The notes: generated from the letters alone by a model not told the origin. DNA of 64,000 nt from Eledone cirrhosa (GCA_964016885.1 OZ024742.1:23064001-23128000), one strand, 5' to 3'; shown: positions 26,722 through 45,694, counted from the first letter of the stretch. Numbers and translations are program-made.

Positions 26722-28639
26722 GATGCATATAAGTGGATATGACCGTAGATATACATTTTTGTGTATATGTGTATATGTGCGAGAGGAAGAAATGTAGGCG
26801 GGGTGTGGAAATGTTACTATGCGTATACATTAATGCCAACTTATATATACGCATATATGATAGAATAGGCTTGCAAATTCAAAGACTCTTGGCTCTTTGA
26901 AAATTCAATCTTTCAGAATTTTCTTAAGCAAACATAGTAAAGAAAATTGTATTCGAGGAATTGTGGAGGTCTTGACCAGAATACATTCTTGATTGAACAG
27001 AGGGGGAAAAGAAAATTGAAATTTTCTCTGTCAAGCTCTGAGGATTAGATCGAAAATCATATACAACTGGCTTAATAGAGTCCACTGCTTAAATATCAAA
27101 TCTCCGCTTTAACTGAGGTTAATCCAGTTGATAGAAAATACTACTTAGCAGAAGACCCGACCGTCTGATTGAAATATTGTTTTCTTCTTCTATATCGTGT
27201 TCTTCTTGCACGTCTTATATTTGCGTAAAGTAAATTAAAGGAACTTGCAGGTTTTTGTGATGTGCGAGAATATCTCATGATTCGACGAGAATCAAGAAAA
27301 CCATTCATGAACTTGAGGACAAATCGATTATTCAAACAATGCATCGTATTTTTCCGATATCTATCTCTGAACGTAATCAGTCCGGTCGTGTGTTACGGAA
27401 ACATATAGGACGAACATTGAATGACGTCACCAGATGAGTGTATCAGTAAGATGTGATGTATTGATCAAGTTAGACAAGGCAGCTGTAGTTGTCTTATCGT
27501 CATAACAGACTAAATGATTATTATTTAGATGTGTTATTGCATGTAGAAGAACGATACCAGTCAGACCAATTTAAGCAGAAATATATAGCAAAGTCAAAAT
27601 TGCATAAGAAAGCCTCACCTCAGACGATACCCATTTCTGATCTTCTACAAACTATATTTGTGCCCCTCTGTAGAATTTATCACATATATTGTATGTAGTA
27701 GCTATTGAAATAATACTTTATATAAATTCCATGCACCACAATATGGGCTTTCTACCTGATAAGCAGCCATTTACCCATCAATAGATTATCTACAAGAACC
27801 AGGATATTGTTATATATGTATCTCGTCTATTGCTTTTGCTCTTCTCACCTCGTCTATCAATTCTAGAGCAAATGATGGAAACACAGCGGGGATGTAATTT
27901 CTCAGATACGGACATCTATACGGACGCTATTATGTTTAAAATAAAACAAAATCATTGTATCACTGTATCATTGTTCTAGATAGTTCTAAGAGAAAATGTG
28001 TTGGCTATTGAGGCCGCTGTTTATCTTGGTCTCATTGGTGTTAAGCGGCTGAGATAGAACACTCAATTTCAGTCACGTGTCATGGGTCTATCTGCGGCTA
28101 TGATATAGCCCTTGGCAGTGCGGTCACAGTTTGGAAATATTCGGGGTGAGCTACTTATAAACGTCGCATTGCTAACATATCGACTGCTGGATAATTAGGT
28201 TTCAAATTCGTCGAAAAACGTGTTTGAAAACGGCAAGATAATCATACTTCACCTTTATGTTTAAATATCTGGCAAAGTGAGTCGGATATTATACGGAGAT
28301 ATGGCGTTCTTGTTAGAATAAGTAAGTGCCTCCATTCTAGACGCATATTGTAAAATGAGGATGGAATATGATTATCTTGCCCTTCTCAAGCAGATTTCCT
28401 TGCGCATCTTAAAGCTGTAACTCCACCAGTGAAAATGTTAGCCAATGTGGCGTTTATCAGTACCTCAGCCCAACACCTCCCACTCCGTGACATCATAGCC
28501 AGGTATCTTTTACAATAACCTAGAATAGTCCTATGACACGTTATTGAAATTAAGTCTTCAACTCTCACTCGATTGACATCAATGGAACTAGGATTATCTG
28601 TAGCCTCATGCGCCTCAAGGATTCGAACAGGCATTAGCA

Positions 28640-29050
28640 TCGATGAGCAACACGGGTCATGTCGGAAAAACCGTCGCCGACTGATCCGGCGGGATCCCCA
28701 AGTGGGACCAGCCAAGCTCATGGATATTATCCAACTATCTTGCTCTTGGTCTACCCCTGGGTCTCATGCTGGTTTGTTATGCTCGTAAAATCTGCTCAGC
28801 GATTCTTTCCTGATACATTCTAACCAGATGCCCATAGTATCTGAGCTGTGATATTTCAATTCGGAGACGTAGAGCCCCTACCTGGAGTGACTTTCTGATC
28901 TCTGAGCTATGCACTCTATCGAGTAACGTTACTCGAAAGACCCTTTGTAGGAACCCCATTTCGGTCGCTTGTATTCGCGATCGTATAATTTCGGGCATTA
29001 CCCAATATTCCTAACCATATGTAAGAGTTGGAACCAGCACCGAATTGAAG
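28640..29050 (-). pseudogene. RTE-clade LINE C-terminal fragment
   Basis: IQATEMGFLQRV..LLDRVHSSEIRKSL..QLRYYGHLVRM. Confidence 0.8.
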
Positions 29051-29224
29051 TTCGTGAGTTGACCTTTACAACTACCTCCTTACATTCAATAATCTTTAAA
29101 GTGAATCTGATATTGTACAGAAACATTGCATTCTTAGAATAATAATGGTAAACTTTTCATAACTTTCTATTCTTAACATAAGGCAGTTCACGCTATAATT
29201 ATATGCGTGGTTATTGTTTTTGAG

Positions 29225-29400
29225 AATGCCGTCGTTATTTTAAAACGGTGCAAAGCGCACAAAGTTGATGGTAGCCGTGGGGTGGGTAGGCAAAGGAAGA
29301 CTTGGGATGAGGTAATAAAAGCTGACCTTGCACAATTACACCTCACCAAGGCAATGGCACAGGACCGCAACCTCTCGTGCTATACAGTATTACAAAAACC
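29225..29400 (+). pseudogene. RTE-clade LINE 3' fragment
   Basis: VDGSRGVGRQRKTWDEVIKADL..AMAQDRN. Confidence 0.75.
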
Positions 29401-29758
29401 GACCCTCTATTATTCTCGGACTGAGACTCATACCTAATAGGCTACACCTTCCTCAACCTTCTCCCACGTCATACCCCTCCCTTTAGAAACAATTATTATT
29501 AAATGTAGCAAGAAAAAGTCGAAACAATAATTACAACTCTCAACTCCCCAGACTATAGTATCTAGATTCCCAACATAGATATAGCACTCGCTATTATGAA
29601 CGCCAGCATTTTATAAATGTGGTAAATGTTGTTATACAACATTGGCGGTGTAATGTATCTTTCATTAAACATTGGTGCTTTTAGAGAAGTGAAAATATTT
29701 AATACATTCTTGGTGCTCTAACCTGTATGGTATTTACAGAGAGAGAGAGAGAGAGAGG

Positions 29759-29865
<107 letters not shown>

Positions 29866-30683
29866 GCGCTTGTGGCAAATTTCAGGTGTCCCGGTATATT
29901 TCTGTCGTAAGTCAGGCAAATTCCGTTGGTTCAATGAAGGAATTGAAACAAAGTTTCTTACATATTGTGATGACATTTTAACCTACTGCGCTACGGTATT
30001 CCATATAGAATATAATAATATTCTCCTTGTCACATTGTCATCATAGTTTTCGTTGCAACACTCTCTGTAACTTGCTCACAGTGACAACGTTAGTTTAATG
30101 AATTGAATAGTCATATATTTCTGTTTTGTTTTCCTGCTGTTGTTGCTCTTGTAGTTATTGTTGATGTTATTGTTATTATGACTTTTTCTTATTTGAAATA
30201 TTAACTTTGTAATCATATCACGCTTTAATTTTAAATATATCTGCGATGAAACAATATTTAACTCAACGAACTTGTTTCGCATTTTATTTGCACAGTGTGA
30301 TTAAAATATTTCGCCTTTCACAAACTATCATACATCGTGACAATATCGAATATTTTTCATAGATTTTATAAATAATTCTAAATTTCGTGATGTTCAATTT
30401 CTTTGAATAGAGAATCGAAATGAAAATCAGAAATTTATCAATTGGTCGTGGTAAAAATACACAAACAAAACATACTTTTGTAACAGATCTCATTCAACAC
30501 ATAGATATATCTGATTTAAGTTATTAAATCGAGAAAGAAGAATGAAGTAAATGTCTGGAAAAGTGACACAAAGAGACCAACGCAATAGCCATTCATATAT
30601 ATATATATATGAATGGCTATTGCGTTGCGTTGGTCTGTTTGTGTCCCTTTTCCTTATATATATATATATATAAGAAAGAGAGA

Positions 30684-30748
<65 letters not shown>

Positions 30749-30918
30749 GCTTTCTCATTATCTTACACTTGACCACCAACTAAATATGTTTCTTTTCTGG
30801 ACATACGTGACTTATTAAAAAGTGTCTACACACATTTCGTGTGTTTGTGTTTGTGTACACACACACGCACACACACTCACACACACATGCACACACACTC
30901 ACTGACACAGACACACAC

Positions 30919-30964
<46 letters not shown>

Positions 30965-30975
<11 letters not shown>

Positions 30976-31337
30976 ATGGTTGCAATTAAATGTGTCCGTA
31001 GTATGCCGTTTGAGCACTCGATGCTCGCGCAGAGCGAAGTATATATATTATAGATAACGAGGAATCAGTAATGCATCAAAACACAATTTATTAACATTAC
31101 GTATGTTTCTCCGCCAATCAGCTCATGGCAGGATCTGTTACAGATCGAACCCGACTCTGCATTCGCAAGTTTCTCAGATATGATAGAATGCTTTGAACAG
31201 GCAACACATATCTGAGGACCTTGCGAATGCAGAGACGGGTTCGATCTGTAACAGATCCTGCCATGAGCTGATCGACGGAGAAACATACGTAATGTTAATA
31301 AATTGTGTTTTGATGCATTACTGATTCCTCGTTATCT
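30965..31337. mobile_element. Family I fold-back element with ~125-bp arms and an extended-stem-II hammerhead-like motif
   Basis: Arms ~31053-31180 and ~31207-31337. Plus arm reads ATAT CTGAGGA [61 nt] GAAA CATACG TA ATGT. The tail at 30965-31050 is homologous to 50475-50555. Confidence 0.7.
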
Positions 31338-31362
31338 ATAATATATATATATATATATATAT

Positions 31363-31502
31363 AGAAAAAAGTATGACCCCGTCGAAACGGCTTGAGCTCT
31401 GGCGTCGGGGTCATAGTTTTTACTATTTCCCACTCTACTACCCGAAGTATTGAGTACTCTGGTGTGTTATGGTCCATCTGGTTCCTTAGCACAATTCCTT
31501 TG

Positions 31503-31505
<3 letters not shown>
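31363..31505 (+). mobile_element. Family B element with a short inverted arm
   Basis: GAAAAAAGTATGACCCCG / CGGGGTCATAGTTTTT. (TA)n flanks. Confidence 0.8.
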
Positions 31506-31580
<75 letters not shown>

Positions 31581-31582
<2 letters not shown>

Positions 31583-31850
31583 ATAATAATAAATTTGAAG
31601 ACTAAAATTCAAAGAGCCCTCGATAAGGATAAATATATATCAAATATATAAGAACCGTACAGCAAATATTTATTAAATTTACAGATTAAAGTTTAAGCAA
31701 AGAATCGCTACTTTCACCCTTAACGGGATCTTCTGAAACTATCAAAGTCAATCTGTGAAGGCAGAAGTGAATATTTCAAAAAAACGTTGCAACCGGAGGA
31801 AGACAGGAAGACGATACTTTGGTTCGTGGAAACGTTCCCTGGCAAAGAAC
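31581..31850 (-). mobile_element. Family G element, hammerhead variant at 31690-31740
   Basis: Reverse complement of 14800-15076. Stem I AGTTT/AAACT is perfect. Confidence 0.8.
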
Positions 31851-31949
31851 GGGAAAAAACGAATATAATACGTCATTTTTTGGAGCGGTAAAAAACAATT
31901 ACACGCAAAGAGAAAACCACGTTTATGGTATAAAAGAAGTCATAGACAT

Positions 31950-32225
31950 CTAAGTATTGAGCAATATAATTTGTTTGCGATGAATGAATGGTATTTAACC
32001 AATGTATTGGTACGCGATGGGGCCCACCCACAGCCCCGACGGACAGAATGGAGAAGGCGTTTCCCCGGAGGACGGCAAGGGAGACGCGCTGGAAAGGCCA
32101 CTCCAAATCGCGGGGCTCACACCTACTATTAGTTGGTTCATAGAGACGTTCTCTAGCAATGAACGGAAAAAAACGAAGATAATACGTCATATGTGGAGCG
32201 GGGAGAACAATTGCATGCAAAGACC
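31950..32225 (-). pseudogene. 3' fragment of a restriction-like-endonuclease non-LTR element (CRE-like)
   Basis: FQRVSLAVLRGNAFSIL resembles the QRxSxAxQRGNA C-terminal motif. Confidence 0.55.
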
Positions 32226-32379
32226 AAACCAAATATATATATATTAAGGTGTTCGTTCTAACGTAGCTGTATACCTATAAGTATGAGTATATTTTGTATA
32301 TCTAGCTATGTACGGTATGTTTATGAATAAACATTTTCAAAGTATTCAGATATGGATTTTACAAATTGATGAAATAGTA

Positions 32380-32900
32380 CCGTCTAGCGCATTCCAGCAG
32401 AAGCAAGGGTGGGTAACTCATGACGCGACCATCGTATTTTTATTTCTATTTTCCGGCCAAGTCTGGATTCCCTTGAAAGAGTATGGATGTCCGAACACAT
32501 TTGTTAGAATTATTGATCTCACTGTAGAAAATTACGAAGAGTAGAATCTAATTTGGTGGCATACTTTCAGAAGATTTGCTGTGGGTGGAAAATTATGTAA
32601 AGTAATATGGTTTCGATGCTCCAACACTTTTCGTTATTTAATTTGTAGCAATGTTGTCATCTGATTTCACTTAGTCTGAAGATATTATTTATATTTATTT
32701 TCACACTACTAGAAAGCTCTTTAATCTCATTATGATGAACTTTAAGTGGTTGACCTTTATATAACTCTATTGGTGATCTCCATTACGATGATGGCTGTCA
32801 CTTGGTGTCTCACAATCAGCCCAGTGTACAGAACCAAATCAATACGTTTGACGCTGCTTTTGACATTTTTGGATTAACAATTAATGGTAAGAAAAAGGTA
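32380..32900 (+). pseudogene. Decayed RTE/BovB-like RT fragment
   Basis: WIPLKEYGCPNTFVRII and a downstream YDDGCHLVSH (ADD-like) motif. Confidence 0.5.
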
Positions 32901-33074
32901 ATATTGTAACGATTCATTAGATTACAACAGCAGCATTGTTAACAAAAACACAATATAGACGCAGAAATTACACCTCGCATTCAATAGTAGCAGATTGGGT
33001 TTTAAAGGGGATCGTATATAGGAACTACTATATATTAAGATTAGCACAAAATATTTGTCTATTCGTCGGAAACG

Positions 33075-33105
<31 letters not shown>

Positions 33106-33180
33106 TCATATACACACACATATATATACACACACACACATACGCACACACACTCACGCACACACATACGCAGCCCCGCC

Positions 33181-33677
<497 letters not shown>

Positions 33678-33751
33678 TATATATAAATATATATATATAT
33701 ATATTTATTAAAATAACAGATTTGGATTTTAGTCTTCAAATTTATTATTAT

Positions 33752-33795
<44 letters not shown>

Positions 33796-34758
33796 AACTG
33801 GCTAGTACTTAGTACTACCCTCCATATTTATAAGTGTATATAAAACATGTATAAGTATAAATATTATTAACATTACTATATATATATATATATATATATA
33901 AGAATATTTCTGATCAATACACAATAATATTGACAATATATATATATATATATTACTGTGTACGTATATATATATATATATATATATTTGCGTATATATT
34001 TATGCATATATATAAATATTCATATACATATGCATATATAAATTATATTTACCATTTTATGTGAATTTATGTATGTGACTAATAATTCAAACGCGTGTGT
34101 ATATGTTCAATATAATATATATGTGTGTCAGTGAGTACGTATAAGTGTATATGTGTATTGTGTGTGTGTATACGCATTTGTGTGTATGTACGAATGTGTG
34201 TGTGAATATATGTTTGTGTGTGTATGAATGTGTATAAATGTATATATAAATATATTTTACGCTTTAGATTGCCCACGTGATCTAATGCTTGAATATTTCA
34301 TTACATTTGTGCATTAAGTACTTTGTGAAAGGTAGTTTTCTTCAAAGAATTCCACGTTTGACACTATTACTACCTTCATTTTTTTTTTCAATTTACTCCA
34401 GTAATCTATATACTTCTAATTTGCAAAATAAATGACTATAGTGCTACCAATAAAGAAAGCAATAGTCACACATAAACATACACACAGGAAACAAACTAAA
34501 ATTGAAATAAAATAGAAATGAATACCATTAACCGGAAGATATTTTCGTAAAGAAATGTCGAATTTTACTTTAATAGATTCTATACATCTAAAGGATTTAA
34601 GAGAAGATGTGAAACGCGCTTCGAGGCTCTATAACCTCCACTCATCATTGAAATAAAATATATTGCTTTGAATTACTCTAAATAGAATAAGACGCTTAAT
34701 TTAAAATGAGAATTGCTTTAAAGTGGATCGTTATAACTCCGTATATATATATATATAT

Positions 34759-35063
<305 letters not shown>

Positions 35064-35213
35064 GTATATATAAATGTATATATGTCTATATATATATGTA
35101 TATCTATATCTATATATGCGTCATGTATGTACGTATTTCTCTCTGTATCCATATGCAATCATAAGCTATATATCCCTCTTTACTTTATATATATAATCTA
35201 TACATCCCGCTTT

Positions 35214-35258
<45 letters not shown>

Positions 35259-35390
35259 TATATATATAATCACACACACACATATATATATATATATATA
35301 AAGAGGGATATATACCTTATGATTGCATATGGATACAGATAGAAATACGTACATACAAACATACATACATTACACACAGACACACACGTA

Positions 35391-35423
<33 letters not shown>

Positions 35424-35425
<2 letters not shown>

Positions 35426-35581
35426 GAAAAAGTATGACCCCGACGGCAGAAATAGCCATCGAAACGGCTTGACCTCTGCCGTCGGAGTCATACTTTTTTC
35501 CTATTTCCCACTCTACTACCCTAATTATTGAGTACTCTGGTGCATTATGGTCCATCTGGTTCCTTACCACAATTCCTTTGT

Positions 35582-35583
<2 letters not shown>
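35424..35583 (+). mobile_element. Family B element with a short inverted arm
   Basis: Homologous to 31363. (TA)n flanks. Confidence 0.8.
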
Positions 35584-35612
<29 letters not shown>

Positions 35613-35839
35613 CTCTCTCTCTCACTATATATATATATATAAATCGTTTGAGAGAGTAATAGTTTAATTGATACATAGATATATTGATAGAGTGACATAG
35701 GTAGATAATTACATGTATATGTAATATTGCGCAAATTCAGCTTTCTTCTCATCTCCCGCACCAATAACCATTCAATTATTCCACATGATTATAAAACTTC
35801 TTACTCCTGTTCTTAGATTCTAATTACCATACAACTAAT

Positions 35840-36470
35840 TTCATCCCATTTCATTTCTTCTTCTCTCTCTCTCTTTCTTTTTCTTATTCTCTACTTACCC
35901 TACTTTCTCTCACTCTTTCTCTCCCACCTCTTTCTTTCTTTCTCTCTCTCACTTTCTATCTTTCCCCGTTCTCTCCCTCTTTCTCTTTCTCACGTTCCCC
36001 CTTCTCTCTCTCATTTGTTTCTCTTTCTCTCCTTCCCCCTCCCATCTCTCTCTATCTTTCTATCTTTCCCCTTCCCTCCCTCTTTCACTTCTTCCCCTAC
36101 TCTCTCTCTATTTCTCTTTCTCTCCTTCTCTCTCTCTCTCTCTCTTTGTCTCATCCTCCCTTCTCTCCCTCTTTCTCTTTCTCTCCTACCCTCTTTTCTC
36201 TCATTTTTTCTCTTTCTCACCTTCCCCCTACTCTATCTCTCTCTTTCTCCCCTTCCCCCTACTCTCTCTCTTTCTCCCCTTCCCCTACTCCCCCTCTCTT
36301 TCTCCCCTTCCCCTACTCTCTGTCTCTTTCTCCCCTTCTCCTACTCTCTCTTTCTTTCTCACCTTCCCCCTTCTCTCTCTCTCGTTCTCCCTTCTCCCTT
36401 CTCTCTCTGTCTCTCTTTTCTTTCTTACTCCCCCCCCCCTTCTCTGCTCCTTCTATTTACCTCATTTCTC
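35840..36470. repeat. Long polypyrimidine low-complexity tract
   Basis: About 630 bp, almost entirely C/T. Confidence 0.9.
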
Positions 36471-37544
36471 TAGTATTTTGCACTTTCTAATAAACTTAAA
36501 TACATTAATCAGTCATGTTCGTCGTAAAATTTCGAAACTTTCTCATTGAAAATAAATTTAAATATTTCTCACACGAGTACCTATCAATTGCAGCCAATCT
36601 TGACTTGAAGAAATTTCTCTTTTTTTTTTGTTTCAAAAGAAGATCTAAAGAGAATGGCAGTTTGGCATCACCGCCACTTTCGTCACTTTTTCCTGGTATG
36701 AAAATTACTTTAGGGTATTTCATGTCAATTATTCATAGACTTTCAAGTAAGTCTAAATAAGCTTTGTTTGTACCCAGATCATTTTTTTTTCAGTAATGGC
36801 CGCACGCAACTTCAATAACATAAAATATATTGTATTTCATGAATTATTTTTTTTATCTATATTTTATTCTGTGATTTTCTTACAATTCTATATACCAATC
36901 TTTTTGTCCTCGTGTTTCTTTTCGTTTGTGAATTGTTGCAATATTTTTCCTCTCCTTTTTTTCATTCCATTGACTGTCACTTACATATTTCTTCCATCCT
37001 ATCAATGTCTACGAACTGAGATTAGTCTATTCATGTTCTTTATGATTGTGCATATTATCATTTGTCTTTTCAATCTAGTACATTCGCCCCACAGAACCAC
37101 AGAATAGTGCATAGAGAATATTTTCACAAAAGTTCTATTTACGGACGAGATGTTGATATAGATTCTTTACTTTCTATTGTTGTTGTGGCAGTTGTCATTA
37201 TTATTATTATAATTATTATCGTTATTATCATTATTAATATTATTATTACTATTATTATCGGTGTTGTTGTTGGTGATATTTTTGATGTTGTTACAATTAG
37301 GATTTTTAATAACCGGCAAATTAGACCACACACATACTCACAATCACACCTATATATATATATATATATATATATACATACATCCACACACAAACCCCAT
37401 ATATATATATATTTCTAGGCATATGTAATACACATGATGCTGTTTCTTGACAATAAATAGAAATAGATTTTGCCATGAAAATATTCTCCACATTCCAAAT
37501 AGTTACAATGGAGCTATGTAGGTTTGTATGCAATTAGTGTAGTG

Positions 37545-37556
37545 GTAGTAGCAGCT

Positions 37557-37645
<89 letters not shown>
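37545..37645. repeat. (CAG)n(TAG)n microsatellite
   Basis: Directly visible. Confidence 0.95.
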
Positions 37646-38205
37646 TATTAAAATAAATATGCAGTAATGTTAATCGAGATTTCATTAATGAATTGTACAA
37701 CACATGACTTCATCAGTAGGAATGATAAATATACCCACTATACTTAGTACATACTAGCACATCGTAAATTTATGAACTGTGTGGTTGTGTCATAAGAGCG
37801 ACTGCTTCAGATTATCTTAGTTTTGGGGTTCACAGAGAAGCATGGCTCCTTTGAGAGTGTCTTCTATAATAATTATTCTCTTAAGGGATCCGACGAAAAT
37901 GGTGAATATTGGAGAGAGATTTTCTCTGCCGCCGTGTGGACAATGGATGGTAAATCCGAAATATAAGGACCAATAAGCTAACATTATCTCGCTTTCTTTT
38001 CCTTTTTGACTTTTTCTTCGTTTTCTCCATGTTTTTTTCCCAAGTTTTATACCTCAATATATATATAACGTCATCTGCACTTTAGTTGGTTTCTATACGT
38101 CCAAACGGAAAGAATATTTTTCTACTAATTCAAATGTTAAACTAATATATTTCTTCATTGCACTGTCTTGTTTGCATAGTTGTTTCTGTTTACTTTCTGT
38201 TTACT

Positions 38206-39220
<1,015 letters not shown>

Positions 39221-39339
39221 AAACGACCTCCTCCTATTGGCCCCTATACCTCCTTCCCACCCTACCCCCACCCCTCCCCAACCTGAAATACAGCCACTAT
39301 GGTTATGTGAGTACCTCTTACCTATCTACATTTTCTGCC

Positions 39340-41170
<1,831 letters not shown>

Positions 41171-41611
41171 AATGTGTCTGTTGATTTTTGAAATATAGTT
41201 GAATAGTTTAAGAGAAATTTGAAGATAATTGTAAGATATGCACTCAATATTTTGAACTTGTCTACAGAATTCTCCTAACCATTGTCACTTAGTAGAACCT
41301 TAAAGAATTTAGCTTTTAAAGAATCTCCCTTTCCTTTAAATACATCAACCATGACTGACCCCCACTGATCTTATAGACACCTGTTAGATTAAGAGAAACT
41401 ATATAATAAGGAGTGGCATGTCATCCTGAACCTGTTTATAGAATTCTTTCTGCCTTTGTTACTCTAAAAATAAAAATAAACTATAGCTTTGTAGAATTAG
41501 CTTTTAATGAATTCCCTTTTCTATCAACCAATGACCTACACCCATCCCACTCCCCACCCTCTCCTACCACTTGTAGAGACCTATAAATTCCATACTTATT
41601 TTTTGATACCC

Positions 41612-41662
41612 AGATTCCTGATGATTTTTAAAGAATGAAACAGTTCTAGTCCTGTAGAATCT
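41612..41662 (+). ncRNA. Type I hammerhead motif, family A (element ends ~41745)
   Basis: AGATTC CTGATGA TTTTTAAAGAAT GAAA CAG TTCTAGTC CTG TA GAATCT. Confidence 0.75.
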
Positions 41663-41745
41663 CATCTATATTAAAACTTGTATACTCTGCAATGTATTGA
41701 ATACCTTACTTACTGTGGTTACCTCCGATTCAACCCGGAATAACG

Positions 41746-42428
<683 letters not shown>

Positions 42429-42580
42429 ATACTTTGGGAGGGTCATGTTGCCAATAAGAAACACACGCACCAGTTGCTTTCACTTCAATTTATTATTATA
42501 ATAAATTTATAATAAATTTATAAATTTATAAATTTCTGGTTGGTTGGTTGGTTCCACAACCAGATAGTTGTTTCTATATT

Positions 42581-42623
42581 GTCATAGTTCTTTCGTCACA
42601 CACTCTGTGACCTCTTCAGTGAC
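42581..42623 (-). ncRNA. Minimal hammerhead in the Penelope pLTR
   Basis: GTCA CTGAAGA G GTCACA GAGTG TGTGAC GAAA GAAC TA TGAC. Confidence 0.75.
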
Positions 42624-42824
42624 TGGGGATTCCTTTCTTTGTTTCTGTGCCTCTCCTTTGTTCTGTCCTACGCCATTTTGTTTCTGTGTGTGTGTTGTGT
42701 GCTCAGTCTGCGCATGCGCCACATCCGGGTGTCTGTGTGTGTTTATGTTCATTTATTTATTTGTTTATTTACATGTTACTGGTTGGTTGTTTGTTCTATG
42801 TGTGTGTGTGTTTTCATTTTGTCC

Positions 42825-43883
42825 TTAATTGTAAGTTGTGATGTTGCTGTTCCACTCATATTTTCTATTTAATTTTGGTTGTAATTCTTTTATGTTTATT
42901 GCCTCTGTAATTTTTCTAAACATTGCGTCTTTTCTGTGTGTAGATTCTATTTTTATTTCTATGTTCTCTAATTTACCCTTGTGTTCTATTTTAGCATGTT
43001 GGTAGAGTACAAATGATTCTTTACTATCTTGAAGGTCTCGCCAGTGTTCATTTATCCGTACCCCTACACTACGAGCTGTCTTACCTTTGTACACTATATT
43101 TTTGTCTCTACATTGTCCTTCAGTACATCTTATGCTATACACTACATTTCTAGTTTTACAGTTAATATGGGGGCTTATTTTACAGGTTATACATTTCTTA
43201 TCTATACATGAGGGTCTTTGAAAAGGGTATGTCTTGCTAATAAGTGTTTTTACGGAGGTACCTGGTCTTTCTACTATCTTAATAGTGAGTTTATGTTTAT
43301 TTAGGGCCCTTCTAAATGTGTAAGCTAATTCACCTCTGGGGGATGTATCGATGAACATTACACTCTGGTATTTATTGCTATCATACCATGAGTTTATTCT
43401 ATTAGCCTTGTTCCTAGTTCTTTCTATTCTATTCCAAAATTTGCTCCTATACAAGGGGCAGGTCCCATTTATGTCATTATTTACCATTTTTTCCCATTTG
43501 GTTCTGGCTCCTCTATACACTCTGATTTTATCTCTCTGATTGTAGCCAGAGAACTGCATACGGTGGATGAAGTGTTGTATGTGTCTATCTAGTTCTTCGG
43601 GGTTGCACATGCGGGACACGTTTCTCATCACCCGTACCAAATCCGCAATCAGTATGTTGATTTTGGTATGGTCCGAAACGGCCGAGTTTCGGTGGATCAG
43701 ATGTTTGGAAGTCATTGGTTTGGCATAATGGGAATGGAGGATTTGTTTTTTGTTATTAATGGTATCTAACCAGAGCTCTGTGTCTAGTACAGGTAATCGA
43801 TGGTTGGGGTGTTTACTTGGGTAGTCTATAGTAACTCTAATGCTCTGGTGGATGGAGTTAGCTATTTGCTGGATGCTTTCCAT
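42825..43883 (-). pseudogene. Penelope RT thumb, Cys-rich linker and GIY-YIG endonuclease (YIG mutated to YKG)
   Basis: LPVLDTELW..HYAKP, CIDKKCITC..CKTRNVVYSIRC..YKGKTARSVGVRINEH. Confidence 0.88.
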
Positions 43884-44436
43884 TGAGTTTTTCCTCTAGT
43901 TCCTGACTGTTCTCTAGTGTGGGTGTCTTAACTACGATGTTTATATCATCGATGTAACGGGAGTACATTATCAGGGTTAAGGGGTCTTCTAATTGTTCTT
44001 TAAGCTTAAGTTTAAGTCTACTGTCCCACCATACCATGAATAAGTTAGCTATGTCGCCTGCAATGCTAACACCAATGGCTGCTCCTTCCTCTTGGGCATA
44101 TGTTTTTCCATTAAATTTGAACATATGTTCCTTAAGGGTTAGTTTTATGCTGGCCCCTACCGCATGTGCAATCATTTTCTTCAGTTCATCGTGGTTTTCG
44201 GGTGTCCGTATGACTCTGGTCCACCCGTTCCATCTATCTGTGTGGGTTTTCTTTGCCATTGAGGTAATGGTAGGTGGTCTGCCTCTTGCTGGTCTTGTAG
44301 GGCCCAGGTTGCTAAGGTTATATGTGCCTAGGTAATTATTACTATAGGTAAGTTTAAGTAGGAGTCCCAGCTCACTGGTATCAATCCCACGGAACTCAAC
44401 ATTGCTCTCACTGATCATTTCTACGCATTTCTCCAC
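43858..44436 (-). pseudogene. Penelope RT core fragment, frameshifted relative to the downstream ORF
   Basis: YAQEEGAAIGVSIAGDIANLFM and YSRYIDDI. Confidence 0.88.
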
Positions 44437-44554
44437 AGCAAAATCCCACTAGAGAACAGTCAGGAACTAGAGAAAAACACAATGGAAAGCATCCAGCAAA
44501 TAGCTAACTCCATCCACCAGAGCATTAGAGTTACTATAAACCAAATGGGAAAAA

Positions 44555-45217
44555 ATGGTAAATAATGACATAAATGGGACCTGCCCCTTGTATAGGAGAA
44601 CATTTTGGATTAGAATAGAAAGAACTAGGAACAAGGCTAATAGAATAAACTCATGGTATGATAGCAATAAATACCAGAGTGTAATGTTCATCGATACAAC
44701 CTCTGGAGGTGAATTAGCTTACAAATTTAGAAGGGACCTAAATAAACATAAACTCACTATTAAGATAGTAGAAAGACCTGGTACCTCCGTAAAAACACTT
44801 ATTAGCAAGACATACCCTTTTCAAAGACCCTCATGTATAGATAAGAAATGTATAACCTGTAAAATAAGCCCCCATATTAACTGTAAAACTAGAAATGTAG
44901 TGTATAGCATAAGATGTACTGAAGGACAATGTAGAGACAAAAATATAGTGTACATAGGTGAGACAGCTCGTAGTGTAGGGGTACGGATAAATGAACACTG
45001 GCGAGACCTTCAAGATAGTAAAGAATCATCTGTACTCTACCAACATGCTAAAATAGAACACAAGGGTAAATTAGAGAACATAGAATTAAAAATAGAATCT
45101 ACACACAGAAAAGACGCAATGTTTAGACAAATTACAGAGGCAATAAACATAAAAGAATTACAACCAAAATTAAATAGAAAATATGAGTGGAACAGCAACA
45201 TCACAACTTACAATTAA
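44555..45217 (+). pseudogene. Inverted duplicate of the GIY-YIG domain (VVY-YIG intact)
   Basis: NVVYSIRC..YIGETARSVGVRINEH..RQITEAINI..PKLN. Confidence 0.88.
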
Positions 45218-45418
45218 GGACAAAATGAAAACACACACACACATAGAACAAAAAACCAACCAGTAACATGTAAATAAACAAATAAATAAATGAACATAAA
45301 CACACACAGACACACGGATGTTGCGCATGCACAGATTGAGCACACAACACACACACAGAAACAAAGTGGCGTAGGACAGAACAAAGGAGAGGCACAGAAA
45401 CAAAGAAAGGAATCCCCA

Positions 45419-45461
45419 GTCACTGAAGAGGTCACAGAGTGTGTGACGAAAGAACTATGAC
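45419..45461 (+). ncRNA. Minimal hammerhead in the Penelope pLTR (second arm)
   Basis: Same motif as 42581-42623. Confidence 0.75.
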
Positions 45462-45694
45462 AATATATAAACAATTATCTGGTTGTGGAACCAACCAACC
45501 AGAAATTTATAAATTTATAAATTTATTATAAATTTATTATAATAATAAATTGAAGTGAAGGCAGCTGGTGCGTGTGTTTCTTATTGGCAACATGACCCTC
45601 CCAAAGTATAACAATATCCGTTTCAACACACGATTTCAGATAAAGAATCTTGCTAAACAAATTCAGAAACGAAATATATATATATATATATATA

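Noticed and set aside
36011-36490. Ser/Leu/Pro-rich and Arg/Glu-rich ORFs
   Set aside because: Translation of the polypyrimidine tract.
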